From positions 31,655 through 95,654 of IMG/VR virus record IMGVR_UViG_3300014204_000139: a stretch of 64,000 nt of DNA; one strand, 5' to 3'. The translations under genes were made by a program, and so were the position numbers. Within the stretch, counting starts at the first letter, position 1; each line of letters starts with the position of its first letter. The notes under the pieces were generated by a model. The model had not been told where the DNA came from and ran no database searches. It saw only the letters and a program-made list of their open reading frames with translations. The DNA comes from a virus (taxonomy: Duplodnaviria > Caudoviricetes). This document shows, one piece after another, positions 54,358 to 64,000 of the stretch.

Positions 54358-55415
54358 ACATAATCTAAAGAAACAGTTTCTGACTTCTCATATTCTCTTT
54401 TTCTAATTGATACTGATCTCTGTCCAACACCTGGTTGAAATAATACAAGTCTGTCCCATTTAATTCTCTTACCAGGAATGGTATAATCATTTTCCCATTT
54501 TACATTTTCCAACCAAGCAGGCATCACACTATTTTTACTATTATAATAGGACAATTCAGTTGCTCTGGTTGCAAATCTTAACTTTGGGGTTAGATTATAA
54601 ACATAATACTTTCTTAAATCAGCTAACTTTACAAGATTTTCCTGATTATGTTCGTAAACTGGATATTTTGAATCATTTTGAGGAACATCAATCTCAACCT
54701 GAAATGCTTTAACTTTAATTGATTTTCCCTTCTCAACTTCTTTATGAGGCCATTCTTCTGGTTTAGCAGTTTCAGGGAAATTAATCCCTTCTGATACCAT
54801 CTTTTTAACTTCAGAATTATAATAAGCTGCTTCTTCAGTTAACCTATCAATTAGAGCTTTGGTCATAAAATAATACTGTCCAAAGAAACTTGTCCATCTA
54901 TTTGGATGAGAAAAATTCTTAAATACAATATGATTTCCTTGAAGAATTTTACTTTCAGTTAGAAACTTATTTTCTTTTGCATCTGGCATGAATTCAATCT
55001 TTTCCCAACCTTTATACCAGTTACCAGAAAAATCTGTTAATGAGAAATTTCTAAAATCTCCTACAGTATTACTATTAATAACATTCATATCTTTAATTCT
55101 AAGAGAAAAGATAAATGTTTCTTTATTTGCAGTTAAACCTAAAATATTACCATGTCTATTTTTAGAAGAAACAACCATTTGACCTTCTTTATGACCAGTT
55201 GCTCTAATTCCCTTATAAGTTGGGAGATTAATTACTGCATTTCTATCAGCTAGTTCATATAGAAAACAGGCTAAATCTAAATCTGTTCCAATAAATACTC
55301 CATCATCAGAGTATGCAGGACCAGGTTTTCTTGAAAATAAATCATATTTCCACCAACTAGTTACTTCTGGAATAATTTCTTTTAGATCTTTTGATCTATC
55401 AAGAATATCAATCAT
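54354..55415 (-). CDS. hypothetical protein (N-terminus may extend to about 55474)
   Basis: 353-aa ORF; frame open upstream. Confidence 0.8.
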   Translation of the reverse strand: MIDILDRSKDLKEIIPEVTSWWKYDLFSRKPGPAYSDDGVFIGTDLDLACFLYELADRNAVINLPTYKGIRATGHKEGQMVVSSKNRHGNILGLTANKETFIFSLRIKDMNVINSNTVGDFRNFSLTDFSGNWYKGWEKIEFMPDAKENKFLTESKILQGNHIVFKNFSHPNRWTSFFGQYYFMTKALIDRLTEEAAYYNSEVKKMVSEGINFPETAKPEEWPHKEVEKGKSIKVKAFQVEIDVPQNDSKYPVYEHNQENLVKLADLRKYYVYNLTPKLRFATRATELSYYNSKNSVMPAWLENVKWENDYTIPGKRIKWDRLVLFQPGVGQRSVSIRKREYEKSETVSLDYV

Positions 55416-55594
55416 AACTGGATTTTCTAAAATATTTTTAATCGTGGTTGCTACTTTCTTTGGTGCTGTCTCATCTTTCGTTCTCCTTTTAAGTAAGTTT
55501 TTATAAATAATTAAAATTATTTTCTTCTCACCATGACTCTATTCCTACTTCATAATCATAACTTGATCCGTCCATAAAATTTCCTTTCTTTTTT

Positions 55595-55831
55595 TTATTC
55601 AAAATTTTCTTCTTTATTTGATGTAATTCTATTATAAAATTTTCCTATTAAAGGAGGCATAAATTCGCCAAATTTAGATTCTTCAGTTTTGTTACTTGTA
55701 TATCTCCAATTAATTAAAACACAATCATGAAAAAATACTGCTTCTTCTATTGTTTCAAATCTTATATTTAATTCAAATGGTTTTAATTTTTTAACTTTTG
55801 GTGCATCATCTGTAATTTTAAATGTCATCAT
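55595..55831 (-). CDS. hypothetical protein
   Basis: 78-aa ORF. Confidence 0.55.
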   Translation of the reverse strand: MMTFKITDDAPKVKKLKPFELNIRFETIEEAVFFHDCVLINWRYTSNKTEESKFGEFMPPLIGKFYNRITSNKEENFE

Positions 55832-56129
55832 TTTTTAAATATGCTATCCTTATTCTTTTAGAGTTTTTTGTTATTTTTTTTAGTTCTTTTATTTTATCTT
55901 TACAAATAGAAATTTTTTGCGAAATTAATTTTAATACTTCTGATTTAGCTTTCTCTTCTGAATCAACTAAATCTTTATCTTTAACCCATAACAGAAAAAA
56001 TGTATTATCTTTATAAATAAATATTGAAATACTATTCTTTTTTCGTTTATTTATCATACCTACTACACATTGAAAAATTTCAAATTTTTCATGATCTATA
56101 ATAAAAGCTACATCTCCTGTTTTTCTCAT
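55818..56129 (-). CDS. hypothetical protein
   Basis: 103-aa ORF. Confidence 0.55.
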   Translation of the reverse strand: MRKTGDVAFIIDHEKFEIFQCVVGMINKRKKNSISIFIYKDNTFFLLWVKDKDLVDSEEKAKSEVLKLISQKISICKDKIKELKKITKNSKRIRIAYLKNDDI

Positions 56130-56141
56130 TTTTAGATTTTC

Positions 56142-56993
56142 CTATAAAAAGTATGTACCTCTAAAACCTTTTTCCACACCTTTCCATGCTGTTGCAATTG
56201 CATTAGAAGTATGAAGAGATTCCTCATGACTACACTTTACAATATAATCATAAATAAATTCTTCTTTATTTAAAGCATTACAAATTCTTCTAATACTATC
56301 TTCAACAAATTGAGGATTTTCTCCTGCAACTTTTGCTACCATCTGTTCATCCATCCTTCGTAATATTGGATAAACTTTATTTGAAACTGCATTTTCAATT
56401 AATTCAATTAAAGTTTCTAACCAAATAACATTTTCAGGTTTAACTTCAACAAGTAAATCACAAAAACTTCTTTGAGCATGCGGAAAACCATAAGAACCAT
56501 TTTCTTTTAAATGATCACATAATGAGGCTGAGCATGGACAATAACTTTGATACTGAACCCTTACCTTTTGAAAGAATCTAAATTCATCATGATCTAATTT
56601 TCCTGAAAATCCACATCTATAAAACTGAGGAAAAACCATATTAGATTTTGGAGCTCTTTTATTTATTGGTAAATCAAATTCAAATTTAATTACACTATGT
56701 TCTGAATTTGTTTCTACGGCTGTTTTAAATTCTTCTAAAATCTTATAAATAATATTATGTTTTAATGGTTTATCTAAATACTCAATGAGTGTGCGGAGAA
56801 GCATACTCATACTAATTCCTTTAATATTGTTTCTTAGATCAGTTGACATTTCAACGTTTGCAATAAGAGAATGAGTTCCCCCATATAAACTATCCAATAG
56901 AAATGGAACTTTAACGTTTTCAACTCCAACCTGATTAATGTATAATTCAAATGGCGGTTTTAATGAATGTTGAATATCTGGTAGTTCATTCAT
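56142..56993 (-). CDS. folE2: GTP cyclohydrolase IB (FolE2/MptA family)
   Basis: LPDIQ, QVGV, KGISMS, SYCPCS, HAQRS, NPQFVEDSIR, ESLHTSNA. Confidence 0.92.
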   Translation of the reverse strand: MNELPDIQHSLKPPFELYINQVGVENVKVPFLLDSLYGGTHSLIANVEMSTDLRNNIKGISMSMLLRTLIEYLDKPLKHNIIYKILEEFKTAVETNSEHSVIKFEFDLPINKRAPKSNMVFPQFYRCGFSGKLDHDEFRFFQKVRVQYQSYCPCSASLCDHLKENGSYGFPHAQRSFCDLLVEVKPENVIWLETLIELIENAVSNKVYPILRRMDEQMVAKVAGENPQFVEDSIRRICNALNKEEFIYDYIVKCSHEESLHTSNAIATAWKGVEKGFRGTYFL

Positions 56994-57253
56994 TTAAAAA
57001 TTTCTCCTTTTGTGGTACCTGTTTTATTATAAAATTTTCTCTTCTTTTTCTTACAAAGAATTCCATTTGCAACCCAAGTTATATCTTCTAGAACTAATCT
57101 TGAAAAACCTTTTTCTTTTACTATATAATAAAATCCTCTAAAGTTTTGAATTAAAACTTCATTGTTATTTTCACATATAGTTTTATACTCTCCAATTATA
57201 GAAGATATATTATAATGAGGATGTAATTCTTCAAGTTTTTCTAAAGTTGTCAT
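56990..57253 (-). CDS. hypothetical protein
   Basis: 87-aa ORF. Confidence 0.55.
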   Translation of the reverse strand: MTTLEKLEELHPHYNISSIIGEYKTICENNNEVLIQNFRGFYYIVKEKGFSRLVLEDITWVANGILCKKKKRKFYNKTGTTKGEIFK

Positions 57254-57258
57254 TAAAT

Positions 57259-57645
57259 TTATCCTTTTTCTTTTTCACATTTATCACAAAGAGTTCTTAA
57301 CCATGACCCTTTCCTTAATAATACATTTTCTTTACTTCCACATTTTTCGCATGTTTTAGAAGCTTCAGATTCTGCTTCATTAATTACATCACAAATTTCT
57401 TTATAATTTGCTTCTTTAATTGGAGTTAGATAAAATCTGAGTCCTCCAAATTTTTCTTTAACTTGAATTGCTTCAATAGTTGAATCAATTTCTGAAATTT
57501 TTCTACTAAGATTATAAATTATATCGAACCAACCATCTCCACAAGTAAATCCATAAGACATGCATGTTTCTCTTTTTGGAAGATTGTGTTGTCTATATAA
57601 GTTTGGAAAATCATTAAATAATTTGTTTTCGAGTTCTTTTCTCAT
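57259..57645 (-). CDS. conserved phage hypothetical protein with C-terminal zinc finger
   Basis: CGDGWFDII, QVKEKFGGLRFY, TCEKCG..W..TLC..C. Confidence 0.8.
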   Translation of the reverse strand: MRKELENKLFNDFPNLYRQHNLPKRETCMSYGFTCGDGWFDIIYNLSRKISEIDSTIEAIQVKEKFGGLRFYLTPIKEANYKEICDVINEAESEASKTCEKCGSKENVLLRKGSWLRTLCDKCEKEKG

Positions 57646-57887
57646 ACTTTTTCCCTATATTCCCAACTCCAAAATGGCCGCCACCAGTTTTGTATATGAT
57701 CGGGTTTATGAAGTGTTCCCTTTCTCATAACTGTTTTTAACCATACTTTAATTTCTCTTTTATCTTCCGTTACCCCAACAACTACAGGTTCCAAAGCAAA
57801 ATATTCATGCCATTCTTTTAATCTCTCTTCTTCTAATTTTTCTCTTCTTCTCTTTTCTTCTTTAGTAAAACCATTTATCCATTTCAT
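57642..57887 (-). CDS. Trp-rich hypothetical protein, paralog of 48819..49043
   Basis: Shared motif pattern. Confidence 0.65.
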   Translation of the reverse strand: MKWINGFTKEEKRRREKLEEERLKEWHEYFALEPVVVGVTEDKREIKVWLKTVMRKGTLHKPDHIQNWWRPFWSWEYREKV

Positions 57888-57907
57888 AAAAAACCTCTAA
57901 AAAGTTT

Positions 57908-57927
57908 GGGGGATATAAATATCCCCC
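57908..57927 (-). terminator. hairpin downstream of the RNAP beta gene
   Basis: GGGGGATAT / ATATCCCCC. Confidence 0.55.
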
Positions 57928-57932
57928 CTTCT

Positions 57933-60900
57933 TTATTTATCCATATCTAACCCTGTTATTAATAGATAATTCTTTAACAAATTAACTGTTTCAGGTATTT
58001 TAGAAATTTCTGATTCATCTTTTAAGTAAGTTGAATCAATAATACTTTTAATATATTGATTTTTTAAATCTATACAATCAGATTTTGTTGTAATTGATTC
58101 TGTTAAATTTTTAAGTGCACCATGTCCAATTAAACAATTAATTTCCATCTCTCCAAGTCTTTGACCTCCAGATTGTTTTCTTCCCGCTGGCGGTTGAAGA
58201 GTCTTTCTATTATACATAGAAATCGATCTAAAAGCTAATTTGTGTTCTGCTATATGAACCATTCTGAAAAAATACATATAACCAACACATATAGGATTCA
58301 GAATAAAATCATTTGAATTAAAATCAAAAAGTTTATACTCAGCTTCAGTATTTGTATATTTCATAGCCTTTAGAACCATATCATAAGAGGAAGATTCAAA
58401 TGGCGGCTCTATTAAAGATAAATTATTAATAAATTCTTTATTTATTTCTATATCTTTTAATTGAGATTTAAACTGTTTATAATACCATCTATCTTTAGTA
58501 TTATCTATAATTTTAATATAATCTAATAGATATTTCTCAATTTTAGAATTTTTACTTATTATAAAATCTCCAGTAACTTCTTCATTATACATCTTTAACA
58601 AATTAATTTTAAGATCATTTAAAGACATAGCTAGATTTGTTTCAAAAACTTGTCCAACATTCATTCTAGAAATAATACCCAATGGATTAATACATATATC
58701 TACATTTCTTCCATCTTCCATTTTTGGCATCTCATTATGTGGTAAAATTTTTGAAATAACTCCTTTATTTCCATGTCTATTCCCTATTTTATCACCAACT
58801 TCAATATTTCTTAAATAGAGAGAAGTCATCTCAACATAGATTCCATTTATTTCTTTACCTTTTATCTTATATTTTCCAGAATGAGAAAACTTATCTAAGT
58901 TGTTATCTCTAATAAATTGTAAAGCTTTAATTTTTGGTAATTTTTCATAAATTATATTTTGAATTCTTTTTTCTTCATCAATTTGTTTTTGTTGGGTGCT
59001 TTCCACCCAATTTACATATTGTTGAATTTCAGTATTATATTTATTTACAAAAACATTTACATCAGTTATAAATAAATTTCTTTTTGCTAACAATGGAATT
59101 TCTTCTTTAAATATTGAATTAAAATCCATTGGGTTACCAGGCATCTCTTTCAAAATAGCATATGGATTACCATAAGCTATAAAATCATATTTTTTCTTAG
59201 GATTTTTTTCATCTTGAATATTATAAGGTTTTGGTAATGGTTTATATTTATCTTTTTCTAATGATAATAGAATTTTTGATTCAGGAATAACAAATGATAA
59301 ATCTTTTGTATGTACTGAAGTGAATGTATTTTCTTTAATTAACCTATCAGAAATAATAATTCCATCTTCATAATTATATCCATCTTTTGGCATAATTGCA
59401 GTTAATAAATTCTTACCGATATTTATTTCACCATTTTTACAGAAATTACTTTCTGCAATTATATCTCCAGCTTTTACTTTAGTTCCTTCAGATACATAAA
59501 CTTCCATAACATCTAAGTTTTCAACATAAATTCTTCTTAACCCAACATTAATTAAATCAAAATCTCCATCATCATACACTATCATTACATAATCTGAATC
59601 AACATGAATTACTTCACCATTCTTTTTAGCTCTTTTAATAAATTGTGTGTAATCTGTATATAATCCTTCACACCCAGTTTTAATCATTGGTTGATCAAAA
59701 TTAAATAACATAATCGCCTGTCTCATCTGAGATGAAGCCATTTGTAATCTTGTTTGATCATCATTTTTTAAAAATGGAACCATTGTAACTGGAATTGAAA
59801 TTGGTTGATCAGTTTTTGCTATATCTGTAAATTTTAAATTTTCATCTAAATCTACATTAGGAATAAGACTTTGTAAAATACCACAGTTTTCTCTATCTGG
59901 AGTATCTACTGGACATAATCTTCCAAACATAGATGGTTGAATATCTCTTAAATAATAGGGCACATTCTCCCTACTAAAACCTCCAGGTCCTACAAGACTT
60001 GTTCTTGATAACATAGTTAATTCTTCAATAGGATTGATAGAAAAATCAAATTGAATAATATTAGATACGTTACAATCCGATAATATTTGACTCGAATTAA
60101 TTCCAAATTTTGCTTGTTTTGAAGTTCTATTTGCCATACATAAATCAAAAATTACTTTAGAAATCTTTCCTAAAATAACATATTCAAAACATCTAACTCT
60201 TTTATTTATAAAATCTGTATCGTCAATATCTTTAATTTTTAAAACTTCTATTAAATCACCAAGAACAGTTCCTGTTGTAAAGAATCTTGCTGACATTAAA
60301 TCTGTTTTTAAAATTAAATCCAGACCATACATTAAATCTTCGCCCTTAATTCTATAATCAAATGACGAATAATATTTACCTGTTTCTTTAATAAAATCAT
60401 CTCTTGTACTATCTTCTGAAGTTTTATAAAAATCTTTTAAATCAAATAATAATTTTTCATAAATTGATAATGTTGAAATATTTTCTTCATTGATATCAAT
60501 ATTTTTAAAGTCAAATATTTCCCCAATTTTTTCATAACCAAAATATGAAAACATGACTAGAGAAAGAGGAACTTTCTTTCCAAATATTGAAATATAAACA
60601 TATGGAAATTCTTTTTCCTCAAAAACCATTAAAGATGTAACATTTGTTCTCATTTTAACGGTTTTTCCTCTAGTCACAAATGGTATATCAAATAATTGAA
60701 ATAATGGAATCTTTTTCCTTCCACCAATTACTAAATAATTACCATCTACTAATTTAGGTAGTAACATTGATAAATCAATTTCAGATTTACCTTTTTCTAA
60801 TTTAATAACTAAATTTCTTTTTAAAGTTCTATATAATTCTCCAGATAAAAACTTTGGTTCTTTAATTCCAAAATCTGTGATAGTAAATCCTAGTTCTTCA

Positions 60901-61013
60901 GCAGGTTTTAGAATTTCTCTAATGGTAGATTCTAAATTTTCGTATTCAGATTGTCTTAGAGTAAAAATGTTTCTTTCTTTATTGACACTATAACTAGGAT
61001 TTATAAATTTCAA
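57933..61013 (-). CDS. rpoB: phage multisubunit RNA polymerase beta-like subunit
   Basis: GRLCPVDTPD.ENCG, PFLKNDD.TRLQMASSQMRQA, GYNYEDG, GDKIGNRHGNKG, NPLGIISRMN.GQ, GGQRLGEME. Confidence 0.95.
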   Translation of the reverse strand: MKFINPSYSVNKERNIFTLRQSEYENLESTIREILKPAEELGFTITDFGIKEPKFLSGELYRTLKRNLVIKLEKGKSEIDLSMLLPKLVDGNYLVIGGRKKIPLFQLFDIPFVTRGKTVKMRTNVTSLMVFEEKEFPYVYISIFGKKVPLSLVMFSYFGYEKIGEIFDFKNIDINEENISTLSIYEKLLFDLKDFYKTSEDSTRDDFIKETGKYYSSFDYRIKGEDLMYGLDLILKTDLMSARFFTTGTVLGDLIEVLKIKDIDDTDFINKRVRCFEYVILGKISKVIFDLCMANRTSKQAKFGINSSQILSDCNVSNIIQFDFSINPIEELTMLSRTSLVGPGGFSRENVPYYLRDIQPSMFGRLCPVDTPDRENCGILQSLIPNVDLDENLKFTDIAKTDQPISIPVTMVPFLKNDDQTRLQMASSQMRQAIMLFNFDQPMIKTGCEGLYTDYTQFIKRAKKNGEVIHVDSDYVMIVYDDGDFDLINVGLRRIYVENLDVMEVYVSEGTKVKAGDIIAESNFCKNGEINIGKNLLTAIMPKDGYNYEDGIIISDRLIKENTFTSVHTKDLSFVIPESKILLSLEKDKYKPLPKPYNIQDEKNPKKKYDFIAYGNPYAILKEMPGNPMDFNSIFKEEIPLLAKRNLFITDVNVFVNKYNTEIQQYVNWVESTQQKQIDEEKRIQNIIYEKLPKIKALQFIRDNNLDKFSHSGKYKIKGKEINGIYVEMTSLYLRNIEVGDKIGNRHGNKGVISKILPHNEMPKMEDGRNVDICINPLGIISRMNVGQVFETNLAMSLNDLKINLLKMYNEEVTGDFIISKNSKIEKYLLDYIKIIDNTKDRWYYKQFKSQLKDIEINKEFINNLSLIEPPFESSSYDMVLKAMKYTNTEAEYKLFDFNSNDFILNPICVGYMYFFRMVHIAEHKLAFRSISMYNRKTLQPPAGRKQSGGQRLGEMEINCLIGHGALKNLTESITTKSDCIDLKNQYIKSIIDSTYLKDESEISKIPETVNLLKNYLLITGLDMDK

Positions 61014-61246
61014 TTTGTTAATCTCCTATATATCTTATTAGAAATTTCAATTAAAGTTTTATCATTTAAATCACTTAACCAGTTAAAATCCATTTTTTTC
61101 TTTATCCAATGATAATCAAAATCATTATGCTCTAAAATTTCTACATTTTTTCTTAAAAATTTAAATAATTTTTTTCTGCAGAATGTTCTTTCATCTCTAA
61201 TTCTAGAAAGTTCTATTATATTGCTTCTTATTTCTTCTAGACTCAT
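61010..61246 (-). CDS. hypothetical protein
   Basis: 78-aa ORF between the RNAP genes. Confidence 0.55.
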   Translation of the reverse strand: MSLEEIRSNIIELSRIRDERTFCRKKLFKFLRKNVEILEHNDFDYHWIKKKMDFNWLSDLNDKTLIEISNKIYRRLTN

Positions 61247-61590
61247 AACTTTGTTATTGTTTCCTCTTGTGAATTATCCAGTACTATTATTTTTAAAGTT
61301 TCATATTCTTCCTTTGACAAATCATCTATATTTATATTTCCATCTGCTATATAAAAATCTTTAAGGAAATTAGATTTATTGTTTTTTATAACTACCTCTC
61401 CACACTTACATCTATAAATAATACTATCAACAAATCCAGATTGATATACTCTATTATATTCAACCAAAAATGGATATGAATTATGATTATTTACAACTGC
61501 TAATTTTTTTGAAATTGAAATATCTTTAAAATGAATTTGAATACTTCCAATATTCTCTTTGCATATTGTACACATAAGTGTTGATTTCAT
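61243..61590 (-). CDS. zinc-ribbon hypothetical protein
   Basis: CTIC...CKCG. Confidence 0.55.
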   Translation of the reverse strand: MKSTLMCTICKENIGSIQIHFKDISISKKLAVVNNHNSYPFLVEYNRVYQSGFVDSIIYRCKCGEVVIKNNKSNFLKDFYIADGNINIDDLSKEEYETLKIIVLDNSQEETITKL

Positions 61591-61597
61591 AAATTTC

Positions 61598-61918
61598 TTA
61601 TAAAAACAAACTTTTAAATTTTGTTTTCATTTTTTCAAATTCAGATATTAAAATATTCTTCTCAGAATTTTTTAACTCTCTTAATGAAATATCTTTGCTA
61701 AAACTTATTGTTAAAAGATCTTCCATAATAATACAAATTAAAAAATCTTTAAATTCTGCATTAGTAGGAGATGATCTATCAATATTTATACCTTCCGCCT
61801 CGCCATCTGAATCTGTTCTAGATGTTATTATTAAAAAATTTCCTGATTTTCCCGTTACTACTCTATAACTATCAACATTAATTTTAAACATTTTAATCTC
61901 CTTATAAATCTCCACCAC
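61598..61918 (-). CDS. hypothetical protein (probable start MFKINV)
   Basis: AAGGAG RBS before the internal Met. Confidence 0.55.
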   Translation of the reverse strand: MVEIYKEIKMFKINVDSYRVVTGKSGNFLIITSRTDSDGEAEGINIDRSSPTNAEFKDFLICIIMEDLLTISFSKDISLRELKNSEKNILISEFEKMKTKFKSLFL

Positions 61919-64000
61919 AAATCATTCTGTCAAAAATTCCACTATATTGACCCGATTTTTGTAGACCTTTAATTATCTGTCTTTTTGGATTTGAGAAACC
62001 AAGACCTAGTAACCAACTAGATTTTTCTGGAACTGATTGAATACTATAATAGATTGGAACTATCTTATCCCTTTCTACAATTAATCTCCAGAGAGTTTCT
62101 TCGCCATTATAAAAACTCCACATCATTTGAGAAATTAAACATTCAAAATGAACATGATGAATATCTCTACTTCTGTTATAAATTTCATAAGACTCATCAA
62201 CTAATTCCTTAAATGTTTTTCCTTTTGTCTGATGAAATAATCTAGAAGCAAGAGTCAAATCTCCACTAATATCCTTCTGTTTTGATCCATCCTCATCTTC
62301 ATTTTCTTCTTCATTCTTTCCTAATTTTGCAACACCAGAATTATGAAATACACGAAGAATTAACTGAGTGTTTGTTTCGCCTAATGATTGTGCAGCAATT
62401 ACTCCAACAAATCTGCTATGAATATATTTAAATAAATCTCCATAACATTTATGACAAATTTGTTCACTTTTACAAAATATTGGACTTCTTAATTTTATAG
62501 TTTTACCAATTAAACTTTTTCTATTTTCTTTTGTAATTCTTTCTAATTCATTATTTTCTTCATTTAAAAAATATCTTTCTAATAACATCTTCGATTTTTT
62601 ATCATCATATACATATACATCTAAATAATCTGTTGTATGACAATCTTCTAAGTCTTCGCTTAATTCAAGATTGGTTCCGGTAAATAATAATTTTCTAGAA
62701 AGATATCCCGAAGTACCTGTATTTAATGCAACATCAAGAAGTCCTTTTCTACAACCATAAGTTGAGTTAAAAAATTCTTCTTGACTTAAACCTTCTAATA
62801 AACTATGTTTAATTGGTGTTTCTTTAATCATACCATTAAAGTCTGAAACATATCCTCTTGAGAATACAATTTGTTTAGCTTGCTCCCAACTACCTCTTGC
62901 TCCAGATTCAATTAGATATGAATATTTAAAGTTTTCTTTTAAAAAGTCTTCTGTTTCTTTTGAATTTAATCTCATTAATTGCTCGATAACAGTTCCATCT
63001 TTATAAATCAAATCTCTAACTTTTCCAGAATTTTTAATTCCAAATGATTGTAATGATAGAGATGGTCCAAAGATAGTTGAATATTTAAATCCCATTGCTT
63101 TAATTCTATCCAGAGTTTTTGCTGTATCATCTTCGCTATACTTTTCTTTTATATCATTTAAAATTCTTAAAAGTTCTTTTTTTCCGACTGGATAATTAAT
63201 TAAAGGGTATGACTCTGGAAAACAATCATTTAAAATCTTTATACTTTCTGGAACTTTTTCATTTTTACATTCTACTAATTCTTGTAATTTTGGAAATTGA
63301 TTCGTGCTAAGAGTATATATTCCTAAAACAATATCCTGACTTGGAACAGAAGATAATTCCATATTTGCAGGATTTGTAAAATTTTTCGTAATTATAATTT
63401 TATCTAAAATTTCTTCTTTTGTTTCATCTGAAATTGGTATATAAACTGCCATCTGGTCCCCGTCAAAATCAGCATTAAAACCAGAACATGCAAGAGGGTG
63501 TAATTTAATAACATTATCTGTAGATATTTTAACTTTAAATCCCAACATACTTAATCTATGTAATGATGGTTGTCTATTTAAAATACACAACTCATTTTTA
63601 GATAGTTCTTGACATACAGTAAATAATACAGGATTTTTTAATGAAATACAATCGTCAATATAATCGATAGCTTCATTTAGAAATTTAAATTTACCCAACT
63701 CAATCAACTTTTTGGAAATTTGTAATTTAAATAATTCTAAAAACATAACATATGGTAATGAACATTCATCAATATTAAGTTCTGGATCTGGTATAATAAC
63801 TGCTCTTCCAGAAAAGTCAATTCTTTTTCCTAAGATATTTGATCTAATTAAACCTTCTTTTTTAGATAGTTTTTCAATAATATGATCATATAACTCAATT
63901 GCATCTTTTTGTAACTGTTTAAAATATGAATAAAATAATGTTTTATCTCTATTAATATCAATAATTGTATCTTTCATAGATTCTTTTTTTGTTAAAATTT
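61902..64000 (-). CDS. rpoC: phage multisubunit RNA polymerase beta'-like subunit, 5'-truncated by window edge
   Basis: GKRIDFSGRAVI, NRQPSLH, catalytic NADFDGD, SGARG, bridge helix RKGLLDVALNT..SGYLSRKL, trigger loop AAQSLGETNTQLILRVFH; frame open to 64000. Confidence 0.96.
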   Translation of the reverse strand, partial: ILTKKESMKDTIIDINRDKTLFYSYFKQLQKDAIELYDHIIEKLSKKEGLIRSNILGKRIDFSGRAVIIPDPELNIDECSLPYVMFLELFKLQISKKLIELGKFKFLNEAIDYIDDCISLKNPVLFTVCQELSKNELCILNRQPSLHRLSMLGFKVKISTDNVIKLHPLACSGFNADFDGDQMAVYIPISDETKEEILDKIIITKNFTNPANMELSSVPSQDIVLGIYTLSTNQFPKLQELVECKNEKVPESIKILNDCFPESYPLINYPVGKKELLRILNDIKEKYSEDDTAKTLDRIKAMGFKYSTIFGPSLSLQSFGIKNSGKVRDLIYKDGTVIEQLMRLNSKETEDFLKENFKYSYLIESGARGSWEQAKQIVFSRGYVSDFNGMIKETPIKHSLLEGLSQEEFFNSTYGCRKGLLDVALNTGTSGYLSRKLLFTGTNLELSEDLEDCHTTDYLDVYVYDDKKSKMLLERYFLNEENNELERITKENRKSLIGKTIKLRSPIFCKSEQICHKCYGDLFKYIHSRFVGVIAAQSLGETNTQLILRVFHNSGVAKLGKNEEENEDEDGSKQKDISGDLTLASRLFHQTKGKTFKELVDESYEIYNRSRDIHHVHFECLISQMMWSFYNGEETLWRLIVERDKIVPIYYSIQSVPEKSSWLLGLGFSNPKRQIIKGLQKSGQYSGIFDRMICGGDL

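Noticed and set aside
6231-56016. Short antisense or nested ORFs in the track (e.g. 6231, 6568, 7093, 8372, 8460, 15265, 16343, 17669, 23154, 23201, 23609, 24211, 33683, 33724, 36464, 38896, 40586, 40864, 45558, 46113, 50241, 50434, 50744, 54988, 55822)
   Set aside because: They lie opposite better-supported genes and have low-complexity F/L/I/S composition typical of antisense frames in AT-rich DNA.
1-64000. Alternative genetic code (stop-codon reassignment)
   Set aside because: Long conserved genes are intact under the standard code, TAA/TAG/TGA all end genes, and no suppressor tRNA was seen.

Overview
Very AT-rich, gene-dense 64 kb segment of a jumbo myovirus (standard genetic code; no CRISPR or rRNA seen). 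It encodes its own multisubunit RNA polymerase (beta, and beta' with NADFDGD, 5'-truncated), terminase large subunit, tail sheath, a putative tail tube, baseplate proteins, a tape-measure/muramidase, three free-standing homing endonucleases, 8 intact-looking tRNAs and a degenerate tRNA-Ile(UAU). An RNA-repair-like toolkit is present (RNA ligase, Pol-beta nucleotidyltransferase, CCA-adding/HD enzyme, phosphoesterase), as are FolE2 and two radical SAM enzymes. Two promoter-like motifs split the genes into an early class (CTAnATATATTA) and a structural/late class (AGAACAAA). Best candidates for undescribed systems: (1) six otherwise divergent proteins that all begin with the same in-register motif MxxKxDF[VI]TNSS[ST], clustered with a radical SAM/twitch-SPASM enzyme and a methyltransferase (12.7-17.0 kb); (2) an array of four covarying bulged hairpins with its own promoter-like motif (5576-5812), whose fifth copy sits in the leader of a 633-aa helical/TerD-like gene inside the RNA-repair cluster. 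Other candidate ncRNAs: a 7-nt-periodic element, a 196-nt tRNA-like RNA and a boxA-containing structured element. All family assignments come from motif recognition by eye, not database searches.
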